NCBI GenBank assembly: GCA_945874695.1
Contig: CAMCHP010000002.1
Span: 23,473 to 87,472 of the forward strand
Reading direction: 5' to 3'
Length of the DNA: 64,000 nucleotides
Source of the DNA: Chryseobacterium gleum
Lineage (GTDB): Bacteria > Bacteroidota > Bacteroidia > Flavobacteriales_D > Sanyastnellaceae
Numbering within the stretch: position 1 is the stretch's first letter; the number at the start of each line of letters is the position of its first letter. Shown here in pieces: positions 19,601 through 28,696 of this stretch. The notes beneath the pieces are model-generated. The model did not search any database, was not told where the DNA came from, and saw only the letters and a list, made by a program, of their open reading frames with translations. A program made the position numbers and the translations under genes.

Positions 19601-20999
19601 TGGCGACCAATCCGAGGCTACCCACAGCAATTTCAGTCGGGGCAGTACCTGCCGCATTGTCGCGCATAAGGCGAATGGCATCTTCAGACCCTGTTTCACC
19701 GAAAAGCAAGAAATAGCCTTCTACACCGGCTGACGTGCTGCCAGAGAAGTTCAGCGTTGAACTCGTAGCGCTCAAATAAACGCGTGAAAAGTTGCTTGAA
19801 GAACCCGCAAACGTATGCCGAATGAGAAAACGCCACTCTTTATCGTTGAGCACAGCAGGCAGAAAAGAAGTGGCAATAGCGCTTTGGCCAGCGGCGGCGG
19901 CATTCAATTGAAGCCTCAAGCCGCCATTCACAATGAAATCATTTGAACTACCTGTCCAGGTCGGATTCACCGTAAAGTCGCCATCTGTGAAAGGGTCAAA
20001 AAGCAGGGGCGTACTTAAATTGTATGTGAAGGTGTTGGCCGATGGGATCATCGCATTGCCCGAGAGGTCTTCAACATTCGATGTGATTAAAGTCAAAAGA
20101 ACATCGCCCGGGAAATCCCCCGTAAATGTCAAAAACACCTGCGAGGGATTCTCCGGATTGACGGTTGCAGAAGCCGGACTTCCAACACCGTTGTTTACCG
20201 AGTAATTCGCTGTGTTTTGTGCTGAAAGCAGATCAACGCCCTCTGAAAAGGTGAGGGTGAGCGTATTCGCACTTGTTAAAAGGAGATCACTCACCACAGG
20301 CGGCTCTTGATCAACCAAAACATCGCCAAAATAGATGTCGTCGAATTGAAATCCTGCAATATTACTTGCTGTGTAGGTACACACCAATCCCAAATGCGTT
20401 GCGGTATTGTACGTTAGGTCAGTGCCCGCACCTTGGAATTGCCAGTTATTGCCGCCTGCGGGGTCGGCAAAGATTTCAAAATTGCCCGCGTCGTCACGTG
20501 TCACACGCACCGAAATTTCGAACGCTGAAGCGATAAGTGCTGGCGTGCCAACAGCGATTTCAACGGGGCTAGAGCCCGCGGCATCATCTCTAAATAAACG
20601 AATCGCGTCTTCAGAGCCTGTTTCCCCAAAGCGTAAAAAATAGCCGTTAGCACCCGCGGCGGTTGAACCGGTGAAACTCAAGTTCTCGGTTTGCGAACTC
20701 AGGTAATACCGGGTTAAGTTGTTTGCAGAGCCTGCAAAAGCTTGCTTGATGAAAAACACCCACTCTTTCTGGTCCAAACTGGTTTCTGAAAAAGCGGTGC
20801 TTAGGTACGACTGGCCCGCCACAGAGGCATTTAGCTGCAGCCTGTTTGATGCGTTCACAACAAAAGCATCGGTTGTGCCGACCCATACCGGATTAACGGT
20901 GAAATCGCCATCCGAGAAATCATCAACAACTTGAGCCTCAAGCGGAAGGAGGACTAACAGCGCACAAAAAGTGCTAAACAGACGGTAAACAGCGTGCAT
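16620..20999 (-). CDS. Lamin-tail-domain surface protein with Ig-like domains and T9SS type B (gliding-motility-associated) CTD
   Basis: Signal peptide; three VVINEIMADP...EFIELFN-type LTDs; Ig-like PP.L...L.L.FSE segments; PEVFSPDNDGFDD...WDG...GIYI CTD; duplicated N-terminal module. Confidence 0.85.
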   Translation of the reverse strand: MHAVYRLFSTFCALLVLLPLEAQVVDDFSDGDFTVNPVWVGTTDAFVVNASNRLQLNASVAGQSYLSTAFSETSLDQKEWVFFIKQAFAGSANNLTRYYLSSQTENLSFTGSTAAGANGYFLRFGETGSEDAIRLFRDDAAGSSPVEIAVGTPALIASAFEISVRVTRDDAGNFEIFADPAGGNNWQFQGAGTDLTYNTATHLGLVCTYTASNIAGFQFDDIYFGDVLVDQEPPVVSDLLLTSANTLTLTFSEGVDLLSAQNTANYSVNNGVGSPASATVNPENPSQVFLTFTGDFPGDVLLTLITSNVEDLSGNAMIPSANTFTYNLSTPLLFDPFTDGDFTVNPTWTGSSNDFIVNGGLRLQLNAAAAGQSAIATSFLPAVLNDKEWRFLIRHTFAGSSSNFSRVYLSATSSTLNFSGSTSAGVEGYFLLFGETGSEDAIRLMRDNAAGTAPTEIAVGSLGLVANAFEIRVKVLRDDAGNWQVLADPTGGSNYQLQAAGFDETYENSTAFGFACTYTASNIAGCEFDDVYFGPIVPDTEAPVLLSAQATGENTLSLFFNEFLDQTSAELATNYAVSDGIGVPVSAVLDENNATIVHLTFANAFPANQLLTVTASAVEDLVGNTLGSAAATFTYLVTSLPTEGDVVINEIMADPSPVLGLPEAEFIELFNASDLAFNLNGWMLVNTTTSRTLPEHLLLPGGYVILCNSTEAALFEGYGDVVGVSSWVTLTNTGDSLTLLSPESSIIDMVSYNTSWYGNTALSNGGITLERKNPFTLCSGAFNWSAAEGFQGGTPAAQNTVFDASPDLTPPSLLNFAYVGNNAVQLNFSEPLAADAAENVDVLLTPDLGEQFVLLTANREALYIQFETDFELAQSYLLTVSGISDCSGNALLNPIELELIRGFEPEPGELIINEIMAAPLATVPSPDVEYVEIYNTGSRVLDLGALDLDGAFLTQTGLIGPGEYRVLTRSEDVGAFSGIANVVGMTGFPTLTNSGRTLTLSYGNTVLDVVSYSDTWYQDPARDGGGYSLERINPAHPCSDIDNWRASQAADGHTAGAVNSVFSTIPDDAPPGLRYVLVSSPNSIDLYFDKQLDPVSPENIFIEIGIDDGAGGFTNLNYVVAQAYMLNAENRIIQVLFNGGFSAGVVYLCRVSQISDCWGNTVSTDQALNGRFAVPEPHELGDIIINEMLFNPFADGGVDFVEIYNNSSKNISIQGWQLANETDGVADNFQSVGEIPFVLYPEEYLVLTTSKLGVMPFYPNVPEDRIFEMEALPSYNIGDGVVVLADQASQVSDRVPYTEDMHYPLLRDVKGVSLERLDFNRSSTDETNWHSAAEPVGFATPGYANSQLAFALSGGFLSVAPEVFSPDNDGFDDNCLISYTLPRDGFTGNITIYDDLGRRVNRLVVNSLLGTTGSYSWDGFDEQRLKSGIGIYIIYFEAFHPDGEVLSEKATTVLGHRLD

Positions 21000-21072
21000 G
21001 GCTAACATTCAAAAGTCGCTAAATATAGTACATTTGGCGTGTTTTTCAGGCGGTTAACAAAATCATCATACG

Positions 21073-22077
21073 ATGACAAAATCATTGAAAGTAGCGGTAT
21101 GCGGTGCCACGGGCATGGTCGGTCGAACCATGCTGCAAGTTTTGGCTGAACGACGGTTTCCTGTGGGCGAGCTATTGCCCGTAGCATCAGCGCGTTCGGC
21201 AGGCGGGAGCATTGAATTCGCAGGCAAAACGCACACGGTACTTTCAATGGATGAGGCCCTCCTTCGCCGCCCAGACATTGCCATTTTCAGCGCGGGCGGC
21301 AGCGTGAGCCTCGAGTGGGCACCGCGCTTCGCAGCAGCAGGAACCGTAGTCATCGACAACTCATCGGCATGGCGCATGCATGAGAACCACCGCTTAATTG
21401 TGCCTGAGGTGAATGGCCACACCCTCACCAACGACGATTTCATCATCGCCAATCCGAACTGCTCTACCATTCAACTCGTGATGGCGTTGAAGCCCCTTCA
21501 CGATGCTTTTGGGGTCGAACGGGTGATCGTTTCAACCTACCAATCCATCACCGGTACAGGGGCTGCGGCGGTTGAACAAATGGAGCACGAGCGCCGCGGC
21601 GAAGACGGCAAAATGGTGTATCCTTACCCCATTGATCGCAACTGCATTCCGCATTGCGATGTGTTCTTAGACAACGATTACACCAAAGAAGAAATGAAGC
21701 TTACCCATGAAACCAAGAAGATTCTTGGCGATCAGTCGGTGCTCGTTTCTGCGACAGCGGTGCGGGTTCCTGTGATGGGCGGACATTCAGAATCGGTCAA
21801 CATCGAGTTCAAACGCGACTTCGAAATCAACGATGTTCGTCGCTTATTGCATGAGTTCCCCGGGGTGGTAGTGCAAGATCAACCCGAACTTTCAACCTAC
21901 CCCATGCCTTTGTATGCATCGGGGCGCGATGAGGTTTTTGTCGGACGAATTCGCCGCGACTTCACCCGCGAACGTGCGTTGAACCTGTGGATTGTTGCTG
22001 ACAACCTTCGCAAAGGAGCGGCGACCAATGCCATTCAAATCGCTGAACATCTCGTGGCGTCAGGCCGTTGGGCATAA
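21073..22077 (+). CDS. asd: Aspartate-semialdehyde dehydrogenase
   Basis: GATGMVG, VIDNSSAWRM, IIANPNCSTIQ, RVPVMGGHSE, DNLRKGAATNAIQIAE; TACATTTG at 21029-21036. Confidence 0.97.
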   Translation: MTKSLKVAVCGATGMVGRTMLQVLAERRFPVGELLPVASARSAGGSIEFAGKTHTVLSMDEALLRRPDIAIFSAGGSVSLEWAPRFAAAGTVVIDNSSAWRMHENHRLIVPEVNGHTLTNDDFIIANPNCSTIQLVMALKPLHDAFGVERVIVSTYQSITGTGAAAVEQMEHERRGEDGKMVYPYPIDRNCIPHCDVFLDNDYTKEEMKLTHETKKILGDQSVLVSATAVRVPVMGGHSESVNIEFKRDFEINDVRRLLHEFPGVVVQDQPELSTYPMPLYASGRDEVFVGRIRRDFTRERALNLWIVADNLRKGAATNAIQIAEHLVASGRWA

Positions 22078-22113
22078 AATTTTTTTCGCCTCCGGCGGAT
22101 GGTTGAGTCATGC

Positions 22114-23370
22114 TTACTCGGGCATTTCCGAAACCGTGAGTTGTTTCTCACGTTCAATGCGCAAGGTTGGGGTGCCTCCCAAATCAAAGATTTGCCCCTT
22201 CACGCAAATGACTTGACCTTTGAGGTCTTGCTCCGGATTGTACGAGAAATTAACAAGGTGCTCTTTCTTGATGTAAACTGAAAAAATTTGGTTGGGGTAT
22301 TGCCGATCAAGGTTGAGCCAAACATTTCCACTGCGGGCGGTGCGTGATCCAACCACCGTTCCACACACAATTACTTCTTTGTTCGATCCCATGTGCAGGG
22401 CCGCCTGCCGCGTATTGAAATGTCCGCGGGGCAGGTCGGGTGCGTACAGCGGTTCAACATCACCGAGTTGGGTTTCGCTGAACCATGTCTCTGCCGTGAA
22501 GGAGGCTTCTGCCGTGGTCGGCTCTAGTTTCGGAAAGAAGTTGAGGTTCGTCAGGGCCTCTGCCTCATCAATTGAAAGGGCATACGAGACAAGAGGTTGA
22601 TCGATTTTCATGTTGGGCATGGCAAAAGCGATGCCTGCGCCTGTTTCAGGGTCAAAGGCCACCTTGACATAGGTTTCAGGTATACTCACCCCATTTAAGC
22701 TGCGCTCGATTTTAGGAAGCTGATCATTCAATACCGGAACCGTCATCACCAATAAGTAGTGCCCCGGATTTCGATAGAGGTAGGCTCGCAAGGCATCTTC
22801 CAACTCGGCCCAAGCACCGCGGTTGAATTCGGCGCGTTGCGGCGACATGTTCGAGTAATAATACGATTCAGAAAGGGCCTTAAACGACCAGCGGAAGTCA
22901 GCCGATGGGGCCAAGTGCCCCCGATCAAAACCAAATCCATCATAGGCATAGCTGCCGTCGGCTTGCAGGGTTTTCAAGAAATAGTCTTCTTCAACGGCTG
23001 AACCTGTGGCCACCTTGGGGTCAGGTCTGAAATCGTTCGTTCGCCCCACGCTGCCTGAAGTTACATCGGGTGCAATCACGTGCATCACCCAGCGGGCCTG
23101 CTCATGCGCCTCATCGTATGATAAAAACATGGCGCTGTGTTCGATCACGTCGTCGGTCGGAAAACCAGCGTCGTACATTACTCCCCGCCAATAACTCAAC
23201 TTCGCGTCTTCTAGGGCCAGTCGTATTGAATCGGCTTGTACATTAAGCTGCGTCAATTCGGCTTCGTAGCGTGCAATCGCTGGATTTGTGGGCTGCGCGG
23301 ATGCGCAAACGGCTAACACCACGAGGAAGAGGGCACCTGTAACGCGTGGCACAATTGGGTAAACTGTCAT
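22114..23370 (-). CDS. Secreted DNA/RNA non-specific endonuclease with C-terminal OB-fold-like domain
   Basis: Signal peptide; FDRGHLAPSAD...NMSPQ..FNRGAW..LE (NucA/EndA beta-beta-alpha-Me motif); C-terminal VCGTVV...WLNLD..YPNQIFSVYI. Confidence 0.88.
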   Translation of the reverse strand: MTVYPIVPRVTGALFLVVLAVCASAQPTNPAIARYEAELTQLNVQADSIRLALEDAKLSYWRGVMYDAGFPTDDVIEHSAMFLSYDEAHEQARWVMHVIAPDVTSGSVGRTNDFRPDPKVATGSAVEEDYFLKTLQADGSYAYDGFGFDRGHLAPSADFRWSFKALSESYYYSNMSPQRAEFNRGAWAELEDALRAYLYRNPGHYLLVMTVPVLNDQLPKIERSLNGVSIPETYVKVAFDPETGAGIAFAMPNMKIDQPLVSYALSIDEAEALTNLNFFPKLEPTTAEASFTAETWFSETQLGDVEPLYAPDLPRGHFNTRQAALHMGSNKEVIVCGTVVGSRTARSGNVWLNLDRQYPNQIFSVYIKKEHLVNFSYNPEQDLKGQVICVKGQIFDLGGTPTLRIEREKQLTVSEMPE

Positions 23371-23508
23371 GCGACGAAGTTCGGAAATTCAGACTGCATG
23401 TCACATCATCCATGTTAAATTTGAATGAACTGCGCACAATGAACCCCATTCGTCACGCGAGGGAACAACAACCTCGGTCCGATAACTTTTTCTTCCGACT
23501 TTTGTTAG

Positions 23509-23712
<204 letters not shown>

Positions 23713-23730
23713 GAGCGAAAAAAAGAACCG

Positions 23731-25758
23731 ATGAAAACTGCTGAATACACCGAATTGAGCAAAGAAACCTTTCAGGTAAGCATTCGCGAAGGCATTCCGA
23801 ACGAGCTGCCGCAGCATCCGGGGTATGATGCTTCGGTAAGCCATGCGCCCAAGCGAAAAGACATCTTAAGCGCCGAGGAAAAGAAGCTCGCTTTGCGCAA
23901 TGCACTGCGCTACTTTCCAGCGCACTTGCATGCTGAGCTGATTCGCGAATTTGCAGACGAATTGGATACGTACGGACGCATTTACATGTATCGCTATCGG
24001 GTTACAGAACCTATGAAAGCGCGGCCAATTGACTGGTACCCCGCGAAAAGCCAGCAAGCAGCGGCCATCATGTTGATGATTCAAAACAACCTCGATCCCG
24101 CGGTTGCGCAGCATCCGCATGAGCTCATCACCTACGGCGGAAACGGCGCGGTTTTTCAAAATTGGGCGCAGTATCGGTTGGTGATGCTGTACCTCGCTGA
24201 AATGACAGATGAGCAAACTTTGGTCATGTACAGCGGGCACCCCTTGGGCTTGTTCCCTTCACACGCCGATGCGCCGCGTGTTGTGGTCACCAACGGCATG
24301 ATGATTCCCAATTACTCGAAACCCGACGATTGGGAGAAGTTCAACGCGCTGGGTGTGACGCAGTACGGACAAATGACGGCCGGTTCATACATGTATATTG
24401 GTCCGCAAGGCATTGTTCACGGCACTACGATTACGGTTTTAAATGCCTTGCGCAAAATTGTAGGCGAAGGTGAAATGCGCGGGCGTTTGTTTGTTACCGC
24501 CGGCCTCGGCGGGATGAGTGGTGCGCAGCCCAAGGCAGGCAACATCGCGGGTGTGGTATCTGTAACCGCAGAAGTGAACCCCGCTGCCGCGACCAAGCGC
24601 CATGCACAAGGATGGGTTGACGAACTCATTGATGACCTTGAAACCCTTGTGAACCGTGTGAAAGCGGCGAAAGCAAAGCTTGAAACGGTATCCATTGCCT
24701 ACGTTGGCAACATCGTTGAGGTGTGGGAACGCTTTGATGCAGAGGGCATCCACATCGACCTCGGATCAGATCAAACGTCACTGCACAATCCGTGGGCCGG
24801 AGGTTACTATCCGGTAGGATTCTCGTTCGAAGCTTCAAACACCATGATGGCCGAGCAGCCGGAAGCCTTCAAAGAAGCCGTGCGCGCATCGTTGCGTCGG
24901 CATGCAGCTGCCGTTAATCGCCACACAGCGAAAGGCACCTATTTCTTCGATTACGGCAATGCCTTTTTGCTTGAAGCGTCGCGCGCCGGGGCTGATGTAA
25001 TGAGTCCCGACGGCTTGCGTTTCAAGTACCCCAGCTATGTACAAGACATTTTGGGGCCGATGTGTTTTGATTACGGATTTGGCCCATTCCGTTGGGTGTG
25101 CTGCAGTGGCGATCCTGTCGATTTAGATACCACCGATGCCATTGCACAAGAGGTTTTAGAAGGCTTGCGCGCCGTTGCACCAGCTGAAATCCGCACCCAA
25201 CTCGACGATAACATCACTTGGATCAAGAGCGCGAAGTCCAATCAAATGGTCGTGGGCTCGCAAGCGCGCATCTTGTACGCCGATGCTGAGGGTCGCATGA
25301 AAATCGCTGCAGCCTTCAACAAGGCCATACGCGACGGGCGTTTGCGCGGACCCATTGTGTTGGGCCGCGACCACCACGACGTGAGCGGAACCGACTCTCC
25401 GTACCGTGAAACATCGAACATTTATGACGGGTCAGCATTCACCGCCGACATGGCCGTGCAGAACTTCGTGGGCGACGCCTTTCGCGGTGCCACGTGGATT
25501 TCATTGCACAACGGCGGCGGCGTAGGCTGGGGCGAAGTCATCAACGGCGGTTTTGGCATGTTGATCGATGGCAGCGCCGACAGCGACCGTCGCTTGACCG
25601 CCATGCTGCATTGGGACGTCAACAACGGCATCGCCCGCCGCAGCTGGGCGCGCAATGACGAAGCCATCTTCGCTATCAAACGCGCCATGGAGCAAGAGCC
25701 CCGCTTGAAAGTTACCCTCCCCAACAAGGTCGATGACCGCTTGTTAAACGAACATTAA
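23731..25758 (+). CDS. hutU: Urocanate hydratase (long form)
   Basis: NNLDPAVAQHPHELITYGG, YGQMTAGSYMYIGPQGIVHGT, GLGGMSGAQP, SDQTSLH, LGRDHHD, LHNGGGVGWG. Confidence 0.97.
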   Translation: MKTAEYTELSKETFQVSIREGIPNELPQHPGYDASVSHAPKRKDILSAEEKKLALRNALRYFPAHLHAELIREFADELDTYGRIYMYRYRVTEPMKARPIDWYPAKSQQAAAIMLMIQNNLDPAVAQHPHELITYGGNGAVFQNWAQYRLVMLYLAEMTDEQTLVMYSGHPLGLFPSHADAPRVVVTNGMMIPNYSKPDDWEKFNALGVTQYGQMTAGSYMYIGPQGIVHGTTITVLNALRKIVGEGEMRGRLFVTAGLGGMSGAQPKAGNIAGVVSVTAEVNPAAATKRHAQGWVDELIDDLETLVNRVKAAKAKLETVSIAYVGNIVEVWERFDAEGIHIDLGSDQTSLHNPWAGGYYPVGFSFEASNTMMAEQPEAFKEAVRASLRRHAAAVNRHTAKGTYFFDYGNAFLLEASRAGADVMSPDGLRFKYPSYVQDILGPMCFDYGFGPFRWVCCSGDPVDLDTTDAIAQEVLEGLRAVAPAEIRTQLDDNITWIKSAKSNQMVVGSQARILYADAEGRMKIAAAFNKAIRDGRLRGPIVLGRDHHDVSGTDSPYRETSNIYDGSAFTADMAVQNFVGDAFRGATWISLHNGGGVGWGEVINGGFGMLIDGSADSDRRLTAMLHWDVNNGIARRSWARNDEAIFAIKRAMEQEPRLKVTLPNKVDDRLLNEH

Positions 25759-25851
25759 GGCAAGGTTTCGGAAGGGGAATGGCCTGTGTGGTAAATGAAA
25801 TCAACGTGCTTGGCCGAAGCCAGTTCACTGATTTCACTTACCTTTCGTAAT

Positions 25852-27996
25852 ATGTCGAAAAGAAAGAATAACAAGGCCCCGAAAGGCGGTGGCCATCGCC
25901 GCGACCTGCGGCAAGAAGTGATGGAGGTTTTCTACGAAAACCCCGGTAAACCCATGAACTACAAGCAAGTTGCGGGTGCAATCGGCGTGCGCGACACTTC
26001 GTTGCGCGACGTGATTGCCGCCATACTTGAAGAAGAAGCAGGCAAAGACAAATTGATCATGGCCGACAAAGGCCGCTACCAATTGCCCGCAACCGCAGGT
26101 GACCTGCTCGAAGGACGTATTGAGATCACGAAGTACGGACGTGGATTTGTCATCATTGAAGGGGTCACGAACGACCTGCAAATCCCTCGGGGTGAAACCG
26201 GAACGGCCTTGTACGGCGACCGCGTGCAGGTTTCGGTGAGCACCAATCGCCGCAAGCGCGTAGCGCGAGTGGTGGAGGTTGTGCAACGCGCCCGCAAACA
26301 ATACATCTGCATCTTTGATCAACAAAGGCATTTGGCGTTTGGTTTGCCGACCGACCAAAAAATACACATCGACTTCTTCCTCCCGCCAGATAACCGCCTC
26401 GATGCGTCGCACGGTGATAAAATTGTGGTTGAAATTGAGTCGTGGGATGATCCTGCTGACAGTCCGGTAGGTAAGGTGGTGAAAGTACTCGGCAAGCCGG
26501 GCAACAACGATGTTGAAATGCACGCCATCATGATTGAGTACGGCTTGCCGTATGAATTCCCTGAAGACGTGCTTGATGAAGCCGATGGAATTTCTAAAGT
26601 CATTAGCCCCGACGAAATCGCCCGTCGCCGCGACATGCGTGGTATTTTAACCTTTACGATTGACCCAGCAGACGCCAAAGATTTTGATGATGCGCTCTCC
26701 TTGCGCCGGCTCGAAACGGGCAATTGGGAGGTTGGTGTACACATCGCCGATGTGACGCACTACCTAAAACCGGGTACCATCCTTGACGACGAAGCCTACC
26801 AACGGGCAACCTCGGTGTACCTGGTTGACCGAACGGTTCCCATGTTGCCTGAAATCCTCAGCAACGAACTTTGTTCATTGAAGCCGCACGAAGACAAACT
26901 CTGCTTTTCAGCCATTTTTGAGCTTGATGAGGAAGCGAATGTGTTGAACAGCTGGTTCGGCCGAACGATCATCCACAGCGATCACCGCTTTGCCTACGAA
27001 GATGCGCAGGCCGTAATCGAAACCAAGCAAGGCACACACGCCGATGCGATTTTAACCCTGAATGATTTGGCTTTCAAGTTGCGTGACAAGCGTTTTGCGC
27101 GCGGCGGCATCGACTTCAATACCGAAGAGGTGAAATTTCAGCTCGACGAAAACGGCAAGCCGATTGGTGTGTATGTGAAGGAGATGAAAGAGGCCAACAA
27201 GCTCATTGAAGACTTCATGCTCTTGGCCAACATTAAGGTTGCCGAGCGTGTTGGCAAGGTGCAAGGCAATCAAACAGCACCCCCATTTGTATACCGTGTA
27301 CACGACCATCCTGAGCTTGACCGTTTGATCAAATTGCGCGAGTTTGTGAGTCGTTTTGGCTATAAAATGCCCAAACCGAACCCCGAAAACGCTGAAAATG
27401 CCATTAAAAACCTCTTGAAAGCCGTTGAAGGCACACCTGAAGAGGATGTAATAAAGGTGATGGCGATTCGAACCATGGCCAAAGCTGAATACAGCGTCAA
27501 CAACATTGGGCACTACGGCTTGGCCTTCCCGTTCTACAGCCACTTCACCTCGCCAATTCGCCGCTACCCCGACGTGATGGTGCACCGTTTGTTGCAACAC
27601 TACCTCGATGGCGGTGACCCCGTGAACGCCACCGATTACGAATTCAAATGCCGCCATTCATCGGAACAAGAGAAAAAAGCTGCTGAAGCTGAGCGCGCAT
27701 CGATTAAGTACAAACAAGTTGAGTTCTTGCTCAGCCGCATCGGCGAAAACTTTAGAGGCATGATTTCTGGGGTGACCTCGTGGGGCATTTATGTTGAGCT
27801 CGAAGGCAACAAGTGCGAAGGCATGGTGCGCTTAGACAGCATGACCGATGACCATTACATGTTCGATGAAGAGCGCATGTGCTTAATTGGCAAACGCCGC
27901 GGACAAGAATACCACTTCGGTGATCAAGTCACAATTCGCGTGATTGGCGCCGATTTGATGAAACGCCAGTTGAATTTTGCCTTAGTTTCTGAATAA
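25852..27996 (+). CDS. rnr: Ribonuclease R
   Basis: [48 protein letters not shown]-terminal S1 domain. ATG 25852 preferred. Confidence 0.96.
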   Translation: MSKRKNNKAPKGGGHRRDLRQEVMEVFYENPGKPMNYKQVAGAIGVRDTSLRDVIAAILEEEAGKDKLIMADKGRYQLPATAGDLLEGRIEITKYGRGFVIIEGVTNDLQIPRGETGTALYGDRVQVSVSTNRRKRVARVVEVVQRARKQYICIFDQQRHLAFGLPTDQKIHIDFFLPPDNRLDASHGDKIVVEIESWDDPADSPVGKVVKVLGKPGNNDVEMHAIMIEYGLPYEFPEDVLDEADGISKVISPDEIARRRDMRGILTFTIDPADAKDFDDALSLRRLETGNWEVGVHIADVTHYLKPGTILDDEAYQRATSVYLVDRTVPMLPEILSNELCSLKPHEDKLCFSAIFELDEEANVLNSWFGRTIIHSDHRFAYEDAQAVIETKQGTHADAILTLNDLAFKLRDKRFARGGIDFNTEEVKFQLDENGKPIGVYVKEMKEANKLIEDFMLLANIKVAERVGKVQGNQTAPPFVYRVHDHPELDRLIKLREFVSRFGYKMPKPNPENAENAIKNLLKAVEGTPEEDVIKVMAIRTMAKAEYSVNNIGHYGLAFPFYSHFTSPIRRYPDVMVHRLLQHYLDGGDPVNATDYEFKCRHSSEQEKKAAEAERASIKYKQVEFLLSRIGENFRGMISGVTSWGIYVELEGNKCEGMVRLDSMTDDHYMFDEERMCLIGKRRGQEYHFGDQVTIRVIGADLMKRQLNFALVSE

Positions 27997-28006
27997 ACGG
28001 CACACG

Positions 28007-28546
28007 ATGAAAGTAAACTACAACCCATGGCATGACGCCTCTCCTGGAGATGCTTTTCCTGAAATCGTGAACGGTATTGTCGAAATATCAAAAGGATCAA
28101 GGGCAAAGTACGAACTGGATAAAGAAAGCGGACTTTTGCGGCTTGATCGGGTGCTCTATTCATCGGTCTATTACCCCGCGAATTATGGGTTTATTCCAAA
28201 GAGCTATTGTGAAGATGGCGATCCGCTCGACATTTTAATTTTGTCGCAAATCGACATCCAACCGCTGTGCCTTGTTCCCGCTAAAGTGATCGGAGTAATG
28301 CGCATGCTCGACAACAATGAAGCCGATGACAAAATCATTGCCGTTGCTGCTGGAGACCCGAGTGTGAACCACATCGAAGATATTTCGGCACTTCCGCCCC
28401 ATTTCATTTCTGAAATGCGGAATTTCTTTGAAGATTATAAGAAACTCGAAAAGAAAACGGTGGTTGTTGAAGACTTTCTGGGAAGAGCTTTGGCGCTCGA
28501 TATCATCCGAGAAAGTTTTGAGCTCTATCGAAAAACCTTCGGTTGA
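28007..28546 (+). CDS. ppa: Inorganic pyrophosphatase (family I)
   Basis: EISKGS..KYE.DK, LDRVL..YP.NYGFIP, EDGDPLD, DDKIIAV, FFEDYK.LE. Confidence 0.95.
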   Translation: MKVNYNPWHDASPGDAFPEIVNGIVEISKGSRAKYELDKESGLLRLDRVLYSSVYYPANYGFIPKSYCEDGDPLDILILSQIDIQPLCLVPAKVIGVMRMLDNNEADDKIIAVAAGDPSVNHIEDISALPPHFISEMRNFFEDYKKLEKKTVVVEDFLGRALALDIIRESFELYRKTFG

Positions 28547-28564
28547 ACGAAGCTCTACCAGAAA

Positions 28565-28594
28565 CAAAAACACCTCCGCTTGGAGGTGTTTTTG
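28565..28594. terminator. Bidirectional intrinsic terminator between ppa and the tRNA
   Basis: caaaaacacctcc-gctt-ggaggtgtttttg perfect stem with A/T tails. Confidence 0.85.
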
Positions 28595-28595
28595 C

Positions 28596-28672
28596 TGGTG
28601 CGCCCACCAGGGCTTGAACCTGGGACCCACGGATTATGAGTCCGTTGCTCTAACCAACTGAGCTATGGGCGC
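28596..28672 (-). tRNA. tRNA with CAT anticodon (probably Ile2/lysidine type; elongator Met not excluded)
   Basis: GCGCCCA acceptor stem pairing with TGGGCGC, TAGCTCAGTTGGTTAGAGC D-arm, ACGGA-CTCATAA-TCCGT anticodon arm, GGTTCAAGCCC T-arm, encoded CCA. Paired 1:72 and no GGG/CCC anticodon stem, so not initiator. Confidence 0.93.
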
Positions 28673-28696
28673 GCTGGGTTGGGTTGGGGTGCGAAA

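Noticed and set aside
23731..25758. Eukaryote-like long urocanase as horizontal transfer
   Set aside because: The long form is usual in Bacteroidota.
25834..27657. Long antisense ORFs (229 and 201 aa) inside rnr
   Set aside because: They mirror a conserved gene, show no motifs and have typical antisense-frame composition.
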